64,000 nt of DNA from an uncultured delta proteobacterium (GCA_963848135.1 CAWKCK010000004.1:124001-188000); one strand, 5' to 3'. Shown: positions 40,787 through 50,452, counted from the first letter of the stretch. The notes: generated by a model from the letters alone, not told the origin. Numbers and translations are program-made.

Positions 40787-41269
40787 ATGATGCAGACAAT
40801 CGTCATGTCAGTCTTTCTTCTCTTTTTCTTGTCAACCGTCGGGCATTGCCTGCGCAGTGAAGAACTCATCCGTCTTAAAAAAGCCGGCCTTCACGATGAC
40901 ACCATCCAACTCCTCATTCAGGAAAAGTCGATCGAAACCGGCGCCTTCACGGTGGAAGAGATCCTGTCTCTGAAGCAGGCTGGTTTTTCGGAGACGACCC
41001 TGAGGATGCTCATTGCAGAGAATTCGTTCTTGAAGGACCGCCAGCCCGTCGTGTACGGCGAGAACCTGCACACCGTCAAATTTACGACGATCAACGATGT
41101 CATCCGGCTCAAGGAAGCCGGCCTGAGCGACGAGGTCATTCAGGCCATTCTGCTTGTGGTGCAGGATGGATACTCGGGCGACCGCCAGCGCGCCTGGGAT
41201 ATGCTCAACTCAATGGGCATCTGGGTCGATAAACGGGGTTTCCGCCCGCGCCCCGATCCCTTGGATTAA
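40787..41269 (+). CDS. Exported hypothetical protein with three helical repeats
   Basis: Signal-like N-terminus; repeats EELIRLKKAGLHDDTI / EEILSLKQAGFSETTL / NDVIRLKEAGLSDEVI. Confidence 0.75.
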   Translation: MMQTIVMSVFLLFFLSTVGHCLRSEELIRLKKAGLHDDTIQLLIQEKSIETGAFTVEEILSLKQAGFSETTLRMLIAENSFLKDRQPVVYGENLHTVKFTTINDVIRLKEAGLSDEVIQAILLVVQDGYSGDRQRAWDMLNSMGIWVDKRGFRPRPDPLD

Positions 41270-41570
41270 CACGCTCTTACACCCAGGTTAAATGAATTCA
41301 CCCACCGCAGTGACACTCAGGACGCGGAGAGGTATATTTTTTCTTCAAATCGGGAGACCCCAGTTGAATTGACTTTGTATTCCACGGGGCGGGCGATGAA
41401 TTGCTAAAATTTCTGTCCAATTTCTGAGGGTCCCTTTTAGCTCAATCGCCGTCTCCCGATTGCGCAAAATTAACATACACCACTGTGTCCTCTGTGCCTC
41501 AAGCGCAGCGGGTGGTGAAATAATTATATCTATTTCTTACCACACGTATGTGACTCATCACGGACTAAGA

Positions 41571-41774
41571 TTGAACTACATCGACTGCCATAAATGCACC
41601 CACTATTTTGTCACATGGGATGAATCGCTACCCCACGGATGCCGGGCCATGGGTTTCAAAAGCCGTCGGTTTCCCTCGGCCCTTGTTCGCAGCTGCGCGA
41701 ACGGGAAAGATTGCCGTTTGTATACCGGGCGGCAAAATTTGCCGCATTCGCCCAGAAAATCCCGCCAGTCTTGA
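41571..41774 (+). CDS. Small Cys-rich hypothetical protein (CxxC...W...GC...GFKS...C)
   Basis: IDCHKCTHYFVTWDESLPHGCRAMGFKSRRFPS...DCRLY; TTG start inferred. Confidence 0.7.
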   Translation: MNYIDCHKCTHYFVTWDESLPHGCRAMGFKSRRFPSALVRSCANGKDCRLYTGRQNLPHSPRKSRQS

Positions 41775-41998
41775 ACGCTATATTTCAGAACGAATTGATA
41801 TTATACATTTTAATAAAAACAGCGAATTGAGCACGCTATTTGCAGTATTCAAAGAAGCGATTCGAGAGTATACTCAACGCTCTCAACTGTATTTAAGCGC
41901 CGAGGCTGAGTAGTATTTTCGGCCTTAAAATGAACTATTTGCGAGAGGGCGGTGAACTTTTTTCATTCCAAAACAGATCAACCCGGAGAAACCAAATC

Positions 41999-42466
41999 AT
42001 GAAAATCAATGACCTCCATCACATTCAACCCAAACAATCCGACTTGAAGGGCCGAGGTGACACATCCGACCCCAAGACGGGTTTCAGTGCGATTCTAAAG
42101 GAAACGGTCGGAAAGACGGACGGCGCCGGTAACACATCGAAAACCAGCGCAGTTGTCCATCCCTTTGCGACAATGCCCATCAATCCGATATCCTTGCCGG
42201 CTTTAGATCAGACCGTTCCATTGATCGATCGCATCGACCGGTTTGTGGATCTTCTGGACGACTACCGGCAGAAACTGGCGGATCCGCGAGCCTCTCTCAA
42301 GACCATCCAACCCTTGATTGACAATATCGCAGCTGCCAAGGAAGGCCTGGCTCCGGAACTTGACGGTTTGGGGGATGGAAACGCGCTAAAAGAAGTGCTT
42401 AACTCTTCACTGGTGACTGCCACCACGGAAATCATGCACTTCAACCGTGGCGATTATGTCGAATAA
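41999..42466 (+). CDS. Hypothetical flagellar-cluster protein
   Basis: SD GGAG before ATG; low-complexity N-terminus; helical C-terminus ending FNRGDYVE. Confidence 0.75.
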   Translation: MKINDLHHIQPKQSDLKGRGDTSDPKTGFSAILKETVGKTDGAGNTSKTSAVVHPFATMPINPISLPALDQTVPLIDRIDRFVDLLDDYRQKLADPRASLKTIQPLIDNIAAAKEGLAPELDGLGDGNALKEVLNSSLVTATTEIMHFNRGDYVE

Positions 42467-42502
42467 TTTAATTTTAGCCCTTTCGTTCAGAACTGGATAA
42501 AA

Positions 42503-43228
42503 TTAAATGTTGGGGCGAATTCTCTTCCTCAAGTACTTCCTCTGATACATATAGATAAACTCGGTCAAGGCCTTGATCTGTGACGGGTCGACCTCGGTAA
42601 ATTCGAGGCCGCAACAGGTGCGACTCTTCGAGCTGCCATGATCGAACCGGACGATGGTGGCTTTTTTGATCCTGATCCGGGTTTCCGATGATTCCAGCGG
42701 AAACGTAAGCTCCACGTCTTCTATGACATCACCCACCTGGAATGGGCTCTCCGTACGATTCCCGTCTTGGAAACAGACCAGAGCGATCAGCGCGCCACCG
42801 ACACTGACATCGACCACTTTTTCCTGGCATTCGGATTGGTCGAAATTGAATTCAACCATGGTACCGTTCGGTGCTTCGAGGCGGAAGTATTTACGGCGTT
42901 GTTTGCGGGTAAGGTGTTGAGGGAAGGGGATGCTGAGTTGATCGCGATAGATTTCGCCACCGGTGGATGAAAACATATACGGAATGCCGTCGGTGCCGGT
43001 GAATTCATAATCGATCGACCAGGCTTTGGCGCCAGCAGCTGCCTCTACAAAGCCGTCTGGGTAACCGAGCAGAAAATGGAGGCGGCCCAGTTTTCTGCGG
43101 AGACCGGTCATCACCGTCAATTGTTCATATCGCGTCCCTGTCAGGTGCATATTGATCAGGATTTTTGATTGAATCAGGGACTCGAAGATTTTTCTGACCG
43201 AACTGTCTGTAATCCTATCGAAATCCAT
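42503..43228 (-). CDS. PilZ-domain c-di-GMP receptor (YcgR-like flagellar brake candidate)
   Basis: QRRKYFR (RxxxR) and DVSVGG (DxSxxG) motifs; CGLEF. Confidence 0.88.
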   Translation of the reverse strand: MDFDRITDSSVRKIFESLIQSKILINMHLTGTRYEQLTVMTGLRRKLGRLHFLLGYPDGFVEAAAGAKAWSIDYEFTGTDGIPYMFSSTGGEIYRDQLSIPFPQHLTRKQRRKYFRLEAPNGTMVEFNFDQSECQEKVVDVSVGGALIALVCFQDGNRTESPFQVGDVIEDVELTFPLESSETRIRIKKATIVRFDHGSSKSRTCCGLEFTEVDPSQIKALTEFIYMYQRKYLRKRIRPNI

Positions 43229-43286
43229 GCAAGTATTTTACCAAGCAAGCGCAAATTTTGCAACCTGTAGTTGATAATAATCATCG

Positions 43287-43582
43287 GTAAACCCCCTGTT
43301 TTGCTGGGGAGGCTGGCAAAGTTTGACGGTACCAGGAGTTAAATAAAAATTGAGACGATGATCTCTCTAATAATAGAAATATTAAAAACAGATAGAAAGC
43401 TGGTGTTCATGGGGCAGACGAAGCCTAACAGTAGATCGTTTACAACCGGAAAGGACGAATGAGATATTCCTTTAAAAAAACAACATTCAATGACCGCGGC
43501 GGGTTGCCTGAAATAATGGTTTTAAAAGACCGCTTTGAGCGGTTTATAAAACTTCCTCCGGATTTGCCGGAGGTCATTGAAT
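43287..43582. mobile_element. Probable non-autonomous IS200/IS605-like remnant
   Basis: Hairpins CCCCCTGTTTTGCTGGGG at the left end; ACCGCTTTGAGCGGT and CCTCCGGATTTGCCGGAGG at the right end; no transposase ORF. Confidence 0.5.
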
Positions 43583-43711
43583 CTGCCATCGATCATTGCC
43601 CCAGTAGATAAACAAAAGAGTGCCATGACGACGGGCGGACCAATCGAATATGACTTGGGAATTCGATAGCGTCGACGACTAAATCGGCGGGAGGCTTAAA
43701 TAATCGAGCCC

Positions 43712-43975
43712 TCGGGGAGTTTTCACCATCCGGTAGCGGAGGGAATAATCAGCGACTTCAGCGCGCAAACTCATTCATAAGGCAACCTAAGTAAAGAACA
43801 GATTTCATAATGATATAAAACCGTTGAGATCAATTCGCCTATTATGATCCGAATCTGATAACCGGGATTGTCGCTGTCCTTTCCCAAAGTTGCCTAATGC
43901 AATCAGGCAGTGCCCGCTTTCGCTGCTGATCACTCCCTCCGCTCTGGGTCATCATTTGCGGGAAAAACTCCCCGA
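43712..43975. repeat. Long imperfect inverted repeat (~90-100 bp arms)
   Basis: TCGGGGAGTTTT..AGCGGAGGGA..ATCAGC..AGGCAAC..AAAGAACAG pairs with CTGTCCTTT..GTTGCCT..GCTGAT..TCCCTCCGCT..AAAACTCCCCGA. Confidence 0.7.
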
Positions 43976-44010
43976 CCCCTGAAAAAATCGTACGATATAC
44001 GCACCCGAGT

Positions 44011-44511
44011 TTAATTTTTCGTTGGGTTTGCCGTCTGGAAATCGCTGGAAAAGGCGCCGATCACTTCCTTTATCCGGGTTCGGATATCGCCGATATAGCC
44101 GTGAGCGGCAATGGAATCATACCAGGTCGGCGCCTGGTAGCTGTTGGAATTGTCCGTGCGGGCCAGATAGACGTCCTGAATGAGGTAGAGATTGATCGCA
44201 AACGAGTAGAACTTCCAGTTTTCCTGCACCTTGGTCCCCCTCACCCGCACCAGCAGTTTGGGCTGTCCGATAGTGCTGCGACACTCTTTTTCAGTCAGGA
44301 GGCGAACACCGGCTTCCTGGAGTTGTGACACGATATCTGATTTTATTTGATTGTGGGCCAGACCATCTCTCACCAAGGTCGGGGTGATCTCCAGATTGAC
44401 CCACACACCCGGTAAAGCCCTAAGCGTTGAATTTTGGCCCGCAGCGGGTAGCGTTGTAAAAATAATGGCAAGGCTGAGACAGATCCTGGATAGAATGCTT
44501 TTTGCAGGCAT
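44011..44511 (-). CDS. Exported hypothetical protein
   Basis: SD GGAGGGG; signal peptide MPAKSILSRICLSLAIIFTTLPAAG. Confidence 0.75.
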   Translation of the reverse strand: MPAKSILSRICLSLAIIFTTLPAAGQNSTLRALPGVWVNLEITPTLVRDGLAHNQIKSDIVSQLQEAGVRLLTEKECRSTIGQPKLLVRVRGTKVQENWKFYSFAINLYLIQDVYLARTDNSNSYQAPTWYDSIAAHGYIGDIRTRIKEVIGAFSSDFQTANPTKN

Positions 44512-44622
44512 ACACCCCTCCATTTTACCAGACGATTCATGAAAGGTGCCAAACCTCAAATCCGAAGGTCCAGTCGGCATTGATCGTGCTTAGAGTCAAA
44601 AGCGCTGATGTTAAGTCTTACA

Positions 44623-44745
44623 TAATTTGAGCGATTGTCGAGGCTTGCTCGCCTTTGGTGACGTTGCCGCAGGTACAAGGAAGATGTCGTTCCGTAATAG
44701 TCAGCTATGCGGGACGGCATATGACGCCGTAGATGCGGCAACCCT
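44623..44745 (+). repeat. Structured repeat, copy 1
   Basis: GTTGCCGCAGGTACAAGG...ATAGTCAGCTAT...ACGCCGTAGATGCGGCAAC; inverted copy at 49755-49886. Confidence 0.8.
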
Positions 44746-45098
44746 CCAGAGGCGGATAAAGATCGGCAATCCCAAGGGTTTCAAATTTTAAAATCAAACG
44801 ATGATAGAATTCCTTATAAATAAAGAAGTTTCCCCTCTATTTAAAATTTGAAATGCTCACTTTAGATCTTACTTATACCTGAAATCACGCCATCGAACAA
44901 GAGGCGGATCCCTTGGCGGCGGCCTTATCGACCCATTGACTCGAAGGCATCTCGAAAAAGCCTTTTCGCCCGATAGCGGCATGCTGATTCGTTTACGATC
45001 CAATATTTTGACGCTTTCGATCCGTTCCGGCGGTCGACGAGTATTCTCTTACACGCTGCAACTGTATTATATATCGTAAATTCATTCGATTAAAAACC

Positions 45099-45114
45099 TG
45101 GCATTCTATTTGCT
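45099..45114 (+). promoter_or_regulatory. Sigma54 promoter of the hybrid kinase gene
   Basis: TGGCATT-CTAT-TTGCT. Confidence 0.7.
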
Positions 45115-45167
45115 TAACTTTTCCCTGGATCTTGAGAATAAAAATTCTTCGTGGCCATTAGCCGTAT

Positions 45168-45273
45168 AAAAACAACATTCAATGTCCGGTTTGTTGCCCT
45201 GAATTATGGTTTTAACCGACTGCTTTGAGCGGTTCACAAGCCATTCCTCTATCTTGGCCGGAGGTTATTGAAT
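45168..45273 (+). repeat. Diverged direct copy of 43476-43582
   Basis: AAAAACAACATTCAATG...ATGGTTTTAA...GCTTTGAGCGGTT...GCCGGAGGT(C/T)ATTGAAT in both copies. Confidence 0.75.
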
Positions 45274-45292
45274 TTTGCAGGAGTATATTAGA

Positions 45293-46897
45293 ATGCACGA
45301 CCATAAAGAGGAGATACTGTGCGACAGTGCCGTGCTCGAAGATGTGCTGGACAGCTCGGATATCGGCCTGATCATACTCGATGCGCATCAGGTGGTTGTG
45401 TGGGTCAATCGCGCCTTTGAAAGCTTTGTCGGAATAGATAGGGAAGAGATGATCGGGGAGGATCACCGTCAGCTCTTTACTTATCGGTTCCGCGATGTTT
45501 TCGAGGATTCTATGGCTGTCGTGCGACAGGTTGACACCTCTGATTGTGATACCGACGTCGATAGCGATGAGACGTATGAGTGCCATGTTCTGCCCGCGGG
45601 CGGGCGCAAGGAGCGATGGCTCGAACACCGCAGCCGGCCGATTGCTACCGGTGTTTATGCCGGCGGGCGTCTCGAGCATTACAGCGACATTAGCGACCGC
45701 AAGATTATGGAAGCGGTGGGACGGCAGCTGAGCCTGCAGCTTCAGCACGCCCAGAAAATGGAGTCTGTCGGAACTCTCGCCGGTGGCATTGCCCACGATT
45801 TCAACAATCTTTTACAGGCCATATCCGGCTATGCCCAACTCATGCTCATGGATAAGGAGGCCGAGCACCCGGATTGGCAGATGCTCAGGGAAGTGGAACA
45901 TGCCGCCGGTCGCGCCAGCGAGTTGACCCGGCAGCTTCTGGCCTTCAGCCGGCAGGTCGACAGCTGCCTGCAACCGACCCATCTCAACAGTTGCATCGAA
46001 CACGTCAAGAAAATCCTGGAGCGTACCATTCCGCCCATGATCGCGATCGAGGTTGCGCCGACCGAGGACCTCGCACTGATCAATGCGGATATCGGCCAGA
46101 TCGAACAGGTGCTCATGAACCTGGGGATCAACGCCCGGCAGGCCATGCCCAATGGCGGAAAAATGACCTTTGCCACCCGCAATGTTCATCTGGGGCATTC
46201 GGATTGTGCCTTCCTCGCCGACGTGTCGCCCGGAGACTATGTGCAGCTGTCGGTCAGCGACACGGGGTTGGGTATGGATTCAGAAATCCGCGAGCGTGTT
46301 TTCGAGCCGTTTTTCACCACGCGTGAGGTTGGTGAAGGCACCGGGCTGGGGCTTTCCATGGTGTACGGCATCGTCAAAAATCACGGTGGTCACCTCCAAT
46401 GTGCCAGTGATCCGGGACGTGGGACGACATTCACGCTTTATTTCCCGGTAAAAGCCGACGAAGAGAAAAAGGTGCCCCAGCAGAACGAGGAGCGGTATTC
46501 TGCGCAGCGCGGCAGCGAAACCGTTTTGATTGCCGATGACGATGCATCGGTTTTGAACCTGAGTCGCGACATCCTGGAGCGTTACGGGTATCGGACAATC
46601 GTCGCTGACAGCGGTGAAGCGGTGATAGACATCTGCGGCACGAACACTTGCCGCACCGACCGTATCGATCTGATCCTTTTGGATCTCAACATGCCCGGTA
46701 TGGGCGGGGAAAAATGTTTGGCGGAAGTATTGCAGCTGACGTGCGCACCGCGGATCCTCGTTGCCAGCGGTCATCCCCCGGACGACAGCCTGCGCCAGCG
46801 ACTGCAGGCCGTTGGGGGGGGGTATGTCGCCAAACCCTTTACTGTCAGTACACTGCTGCAGAAGGTCCGCGATGTGCTCGATGGGAAGTACGGTTGA
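45293..46897 (+). CDS. Cytoplasmic PAS-HisKA-HATPase-receiver hybrid histidine kinase (CckA-like architecture)
   Basis: LAGGIAHDFNNLL, NARQAM, SDTGLG, FEPFFTT, GTGLGL; C-terminal receiver ILLDLNMPGM. Confidence 0.93.
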   Translation: MHDHKEEILCDSAVLEDVLDSSDIGLIILDAHQVVVWVNRAFESFVGIDREEMIGEDHRQLFTYRFRDVFEDSMAVVRQVDTSDCDTDVDSDETYECHVLPAGGRKERWLEHRSRPIATGVYAGGRLEHYSDISDRKIMEAVGRQLSLQLQHAQKMESVGTLAGGIAHDFNNLLQAISGYAQLMLMDKEAEHPDWQMLREVEHAAGRASELTRQLLAFSRQVDSCLQPTHLNSCIEHVKKILERTIPPMIAIEVAPTEDLALINADIGQIEQVLMNLGINARQAMPNGGKMTFATRNVHLGHSDCAFLADVSPGDYVQLSVSDTGLGMDSEIRERVFEPFFTTREVGEGTGLGLSMVYGIVKNHGGHLQCASDPGRGTTFTLYFPVKADEEKKVPQQNEERYSAQRGSETVLIADDDASVLNLSRDILERYGYRTIVADSGEAVIDICGTNTCRTDRIDLILLDLNMPGMGGEKCLAEVLQLTCAPRILVASGHPPDDSLRQRLQAVGGGYVAKPFTVSTLLQKVRDVLDGKYG

Positions 46898-46924
46898 TTA
46901 ATAGGGTGTTGAGAAACGTCATGA

Positions 46925-47100
46925 GCGCCAGCCTTTCCGTCGGTTCGTCCAGCAGCAACAGCCCGGGATCGGTCATCAGGGCCCGGTCGATAGCTATCAT
47001 TTTCTGTTCCCCACCGTTGAGCAGACCCCCCTTGCACAGGCGATAATCACCCAACGACGGAAAAATCTCGAACACCCGGTTTTTATCCCAGCCGGTGTCA
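46925..47100 (-). pseudogene. Fragment of a LivF-type ABC ATPase
   Basis: RVFEIFPSL...LNGGEQKMIAIDRALMTDPGLLLLDEPTERLA; degenerate signature, no Walker A or C-terminus. Confidence 0.75.
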
Positions 47101-47410
47101 TGATCGTGTGCCTGGATGAAACGCAACGGTGGATGAATAAATACGATTCATTGTTTTTAGACTCGGAAAAGTGCCTGTTGGAAATCGGGGCTGCATCATT
47201 GTGCGTCGGCGACTTGATTTGACTGTTTATTCAGGTTAATAAGCGAAGTCGAAGGAATTAGAGTTGATCTTAATCCTCCACTTCTGGTTAAGTATTAGGA
47301 AAGGTTCAACCGAAAAGTGTGGATCGCAGTGGTAAGGTGCTGGTGGTAGTTCGATTCATGCCGGAGACTATTTTTCACTTTTAAGCGCTGCTGAAACAAA
47401 TGTATGAAAT

Positions 47411-48823
47411 ATGCGGGATAGCGAGGAGCTTACGTTGACCTATACCACTATTGATGGCAACCATATCGATGACTTGCGATCGATGGTCGTTTCGGATCGA
47501 ATCAGCACTGGTGACTCGATTCTTGACCTGCACGCTCGGGATCAGTCCCGGCACCCGCCTTGCCGACCGGAGGTGGTGATCTGGCCGGTGGATCGCAAAG
47601 AGGTCTCCCATATCCTGGAGTATGCGAACTGGCATCGTATCCCGGTCACCGGTTGGGGGTCGGGGTCGAGTCTCGAAGGGAATCCGATCCCGGTCTGCCG
47701 GGGTCTGGTGGTTGATTTTACGCGAATGAACCGCGTTATCGACATTCGCGCCGAAGACTTCCAAGTCGATGTGGAACCCGGTGTGGTGTATCAGGACCTC
47801 AACGTTGCGTTGCGGCACAGTGGGTTGTTCTTCCCGCCGGATCCGGGAGCCAGAGCCACCATCGGCGGCATCGTGGGCAACAATGCCAGCGGCACCCGCA
47901 CGGTGCACTACGGATCGGCGCGCGATTACGTTCAACGGTTGGTCGTGGCACTGGCAGACGGCGAAATCATCGAGATCGGTACCCGGGCGGCCAAGACGTC
48001 GTCCGGGTACGATATGGTGAACCTCTTCGTCGGCGCCGAGGGAACCCTGGGATTGGTGGTCGAGGCGACTCTACGGCTGGTGGGCCTGCCGGAAACCCTA
48101 TCGGCGGCTGTGGTGACCTTCCCGGATGTGACGGCCGCTGCAAAAGCGGTCTACGAGGTCATTCGCGGCGGGCTCGACCCGGCGGCCCTGGAACTTTTGG
48201 GCAGCGAGTGCATCGCGCTGATCAACCGCGAAAAAAACCTCGGGCTGGGGTTGGCACCGACCTTGTTTTTCGAGTTTCACGGTGCCACCGAGAACCAGCT
48301 GAACGAAACCATGGCGATCGTCGAGGAGATCTGCCGGGAGCAGGGCGGCACCGATTTCCGCTTCGGTCTCGGTCGAGACGACTGGCAGCGATTGTTCGGT
48401 GCCCGGCATGAGATGGGCGAGATGATCGTGCGCAACCATCCCGGCTGCGGTATATACGTCATCGATGTGGCCGTGCCGATGACGGCCTATCCGAACTTGA
48501 TTGCAGCGGCCAAAACGGAGGTCGTGCAAACCGGGCTGACGGGCTATATCTTCAGCCATGCCGGAGACGGAAATCTGCACCTGAACCTGGTCGGGCCGAA
48601 TAATGACACCGCGGCATGGTCGCACATCAAGGCTATTTCCGGCCGGATGGTCGCCCGGGCCCTGGCTGCCGGCGGAACGGCTACCGGTGAGCACGGGGTC
48701 GGTATCGGCAAACGGGCCTTCATGGCGGCCGAGCACGGCCGCAGCCTGGACTGGATGCGGCGAATCAAAAAACTTTTCGATCCCAACGGAATTCTCAACC
48801 CGGGAAAGATATTTCCGGAGTGA
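47411..48823 (+). CDS. FAD-linked oxidase, GlcD/D-lactate dehydrogenase family
   Basis: GSGSSLEG, FFPPDPG, ATIGG, GAEGTLG, HAGDGNLH, TGEHGVGIGK, DPNGILNPGK. Confidence 0.92.
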   Translation: MRDSEELTLTYTTIDGNHIDDLRSMVVSDRISTGDSILDLHARDQSRHPPCRPEVVIWPVDRKEVSHILEYANWHRIPVTGWGSGSSLEGNPIPVCRGLVVDFTRMNRVIDIRAEDFQVDVEPGVVYQDLNVALRHSGLFFPPDPGARATIGGIVGNNASGTRTVHYGSARDYVQRLVVALADGEIIEIGTRAAKTSSGYDMVNLFVGAEGTLGLVVEATLRLVGLPETLSAAVVTFPDVTAAAKAVYEVIRGGLDPAALELLGSECIALINREKNLGLGLAPTLFFEFHGATENQLNETMAIVEEICREQGGTDFRFGLGRDDWQRLFGARHEMGEMIVRNHPGCGIYVIDVAVPMTAYPNLIAAAKTEVVQTGLTGYIFSHAGDGNLHLNLVGPNNDTAAWSHIKAISGRMVARALAAGGTATGEHGVGIGKRAFMAAEHGRSLDWMRRIKKLFDPNGILNPGKIFPE

Positions 48824-48900
48824 GGGTGAGCGGATGCGCCGGTTGAACGGGTTGAGTCAGTTGAGGATCCCTGAACCGGTTTGGGTAGGCGAATATGGGT

Positions 48901-49650
48901 ATGAACCACGACAAACTGTTTATTCAAAATATTCGCTCGGCTCTGGGGTACGACCCGGGTCGCCGGCGGCCCTGGACCGCCCTGGGTCGCTGCCAGAGGT
49001 CCAATACGACGATTGTTAAGCGGGATCAGAAAGATCGTCTGGCCCTCCTTGAGACCTTGCAAGAGCGATCCAGGATCAACGGCATACCGGTGACTGTTTG
49101 TTCGAACCCGGCCATGGCGGCCAGCGCCGTCACCGGGATCGTCAGTCAGAACCTGCCGGAAGAGGGAGGGACTGCCCATGTGATGGCCTGGCGGCATGCG
49201 GTGATCGACGGCCTCGAACTCGAGATGGCCCTGGCGGCCGTGGCGCCGCAGATCACCGTATGTGTTGCGGATAACGAGGAGCAGGGATTGCGCGAATCGG
49301 ATCGCCAGCGGGCCAAGGATCTGGCGGCGACGGCCATCTGCGGCATCACGTCGGCCGACTGGTGCCTGGCGGAGACGGCCACTCTCGTGATGCGGACCCG
49401 TCCCGGGCAGGGGCGGGCGGTGTCACTCCTCCCGCCGGTCCACATTGCGGTGATACCCCTGTCCGCGTTGATCAGCGGTTTGGCGGAACTGTATTCAATG
49501 TTGGGTAGCGATAAAGAGACCGACTATCACGGGTTGACCAACTGCATGACCTTTGTATCCGGGCGGAGCACCACCCGGGACATCGAAAGTGTGGCCGTCC
49601 CCGGCGCCCATGGCCCCAAGGCGGTGCACATCGTGGTGATTACTGGGTAA
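48901..49650 (+). CDS. LUD-domain lactate utilisation protein (LutC/YkgG-like)
   Basis: GITSADWCLAETAT, RAVSLLPPVHIA, SGRSTTRDIE...GAHGP. Confidence 0.88.
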   Translation: MNHDKLFIQNIRSALGYDPGRRRPWTALGRCQRSNTTIVKRDQKDRLALLETLQERSRINGIPVTVCSNPAMAASAVTGIVSQNLPEEGGTAHVMAWRHAVIDGLELEMALAAVAPQITVCVADNEEQGLRESDRQRAKDLAATAICGITSADWCLAETATLVMRTRPGQGRAVSLLPPVHIAVIPLSALISGLAELYSMLGSDKETDYHGLTNCMTFVSGRSTTRDIESVAVPGAHGPKAVHIVVITG

Positions 49651-49754
49651 CAATCCATATTGAAACGGACGTCAAACAGGATACTTTGTCAGGGATCTTG
49701 CCCGGGTCTATATAGAAAGTGCAACCTAAAGTGAGCGTTTCAAATTTTAGATGA

Positions 49755-49886
49755 AGGGTTGCCGCATCTACGGCTTCATATGCCGCCCCCATAGCTGATC
49801 CCGCCGGCGGCGGGACGGAACGACATCTCCTTGTATCTGCGGCAACGTCACCAAAGGCGAGCAAGCCTCGACAATCGATCAAATTA
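49755..49886 (-). repeat. Structured repeat, copy 2 (inverted; contains an extra CCCGCCGGCGGCGGGA hairpin)
   Basis: Reverse complement aligns with 44623-44745. Confidence 0.8.
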
Positions 49887-50245
49887 GGTGGAAACTTATT
49901 TGAATTCTTTTTAAGATGCTGCTAAAATTAACAATTCTGTTCAATGAGTTTTAGACTTTTCTGTTCGGTATTACGTTACGTATCCTTTCAGTGATCGTTG
50001 GGATATGCTGGTTATATAAAAGTTGTTTTATTAAGACAAGTTACGCTATCTTACCCATGTAAGGCAGGCAGCGGAGCTGTCTGTTTCCCCTGATTTCCTG
50101 GCATTGCCGCAACGTTTCAAATCCTTTCAATATCCTCTTTCCTTCTAACCGAACAAGTCCAATAAAACAGGATAACGAGATGTTATCTTTTTTTTGGCGC
50201 TGTCGTTACATCATGATGTAACCAAATGTTATCATTGAGGTCAAA

Positions 50246-50452
50246 ATGGTCCGTACCCAAGTTCAAATCCATTCCGAGCAGCTGAAATGGCTGAAACATC
50301 ACGCTTTGGGCAAGGGCGTGTCAATGGCCCAGCTCATCCGCGAGAGCATCGATCTCTATCGGTCCCACCTCGAGAAGGCCCGGATGATGCACCATCAGAA
50401 GAAAAAGGCCCTTACAGCGGTAGGCAGTTTCTCATCGAAAGCCGAGCCATAG
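50246..50452 (+). CDS. Ribbon-helix-helix (CopG-like) VapB-type antitoxin
   Basis: MVRTQVQI...GVSMAQLIRESID; upstream of a PIN gene. Confidence 0.82.
   Translation: MVRTQVQIHSEQLKWLKHHALGKGVSMAQLIRESIDLYRSHLEKARMMHHQKKKALTAVGSFSSKAEP

Noticed and set aside
41571..41774. Uracil-DNA glycosylase label sometimes given to similar small proteins
   Set aside because: Far too short and lacks UDG motifs; kept as hypothetical.
43281..43310. Sigma28 promoter for the PilZ gene
   Set aside because: A -10-like ACCGATGA is present on the minus strand, but there is no matching -35 at the right spacing.
44623..44745. c-di-GMP-I riboswitch (GGTTGCC-like ends)
   Set aside because: It lacks the GGCAAA/GNRA-receptor layout and is better explained as a dispersed repeat with an inverted copy.
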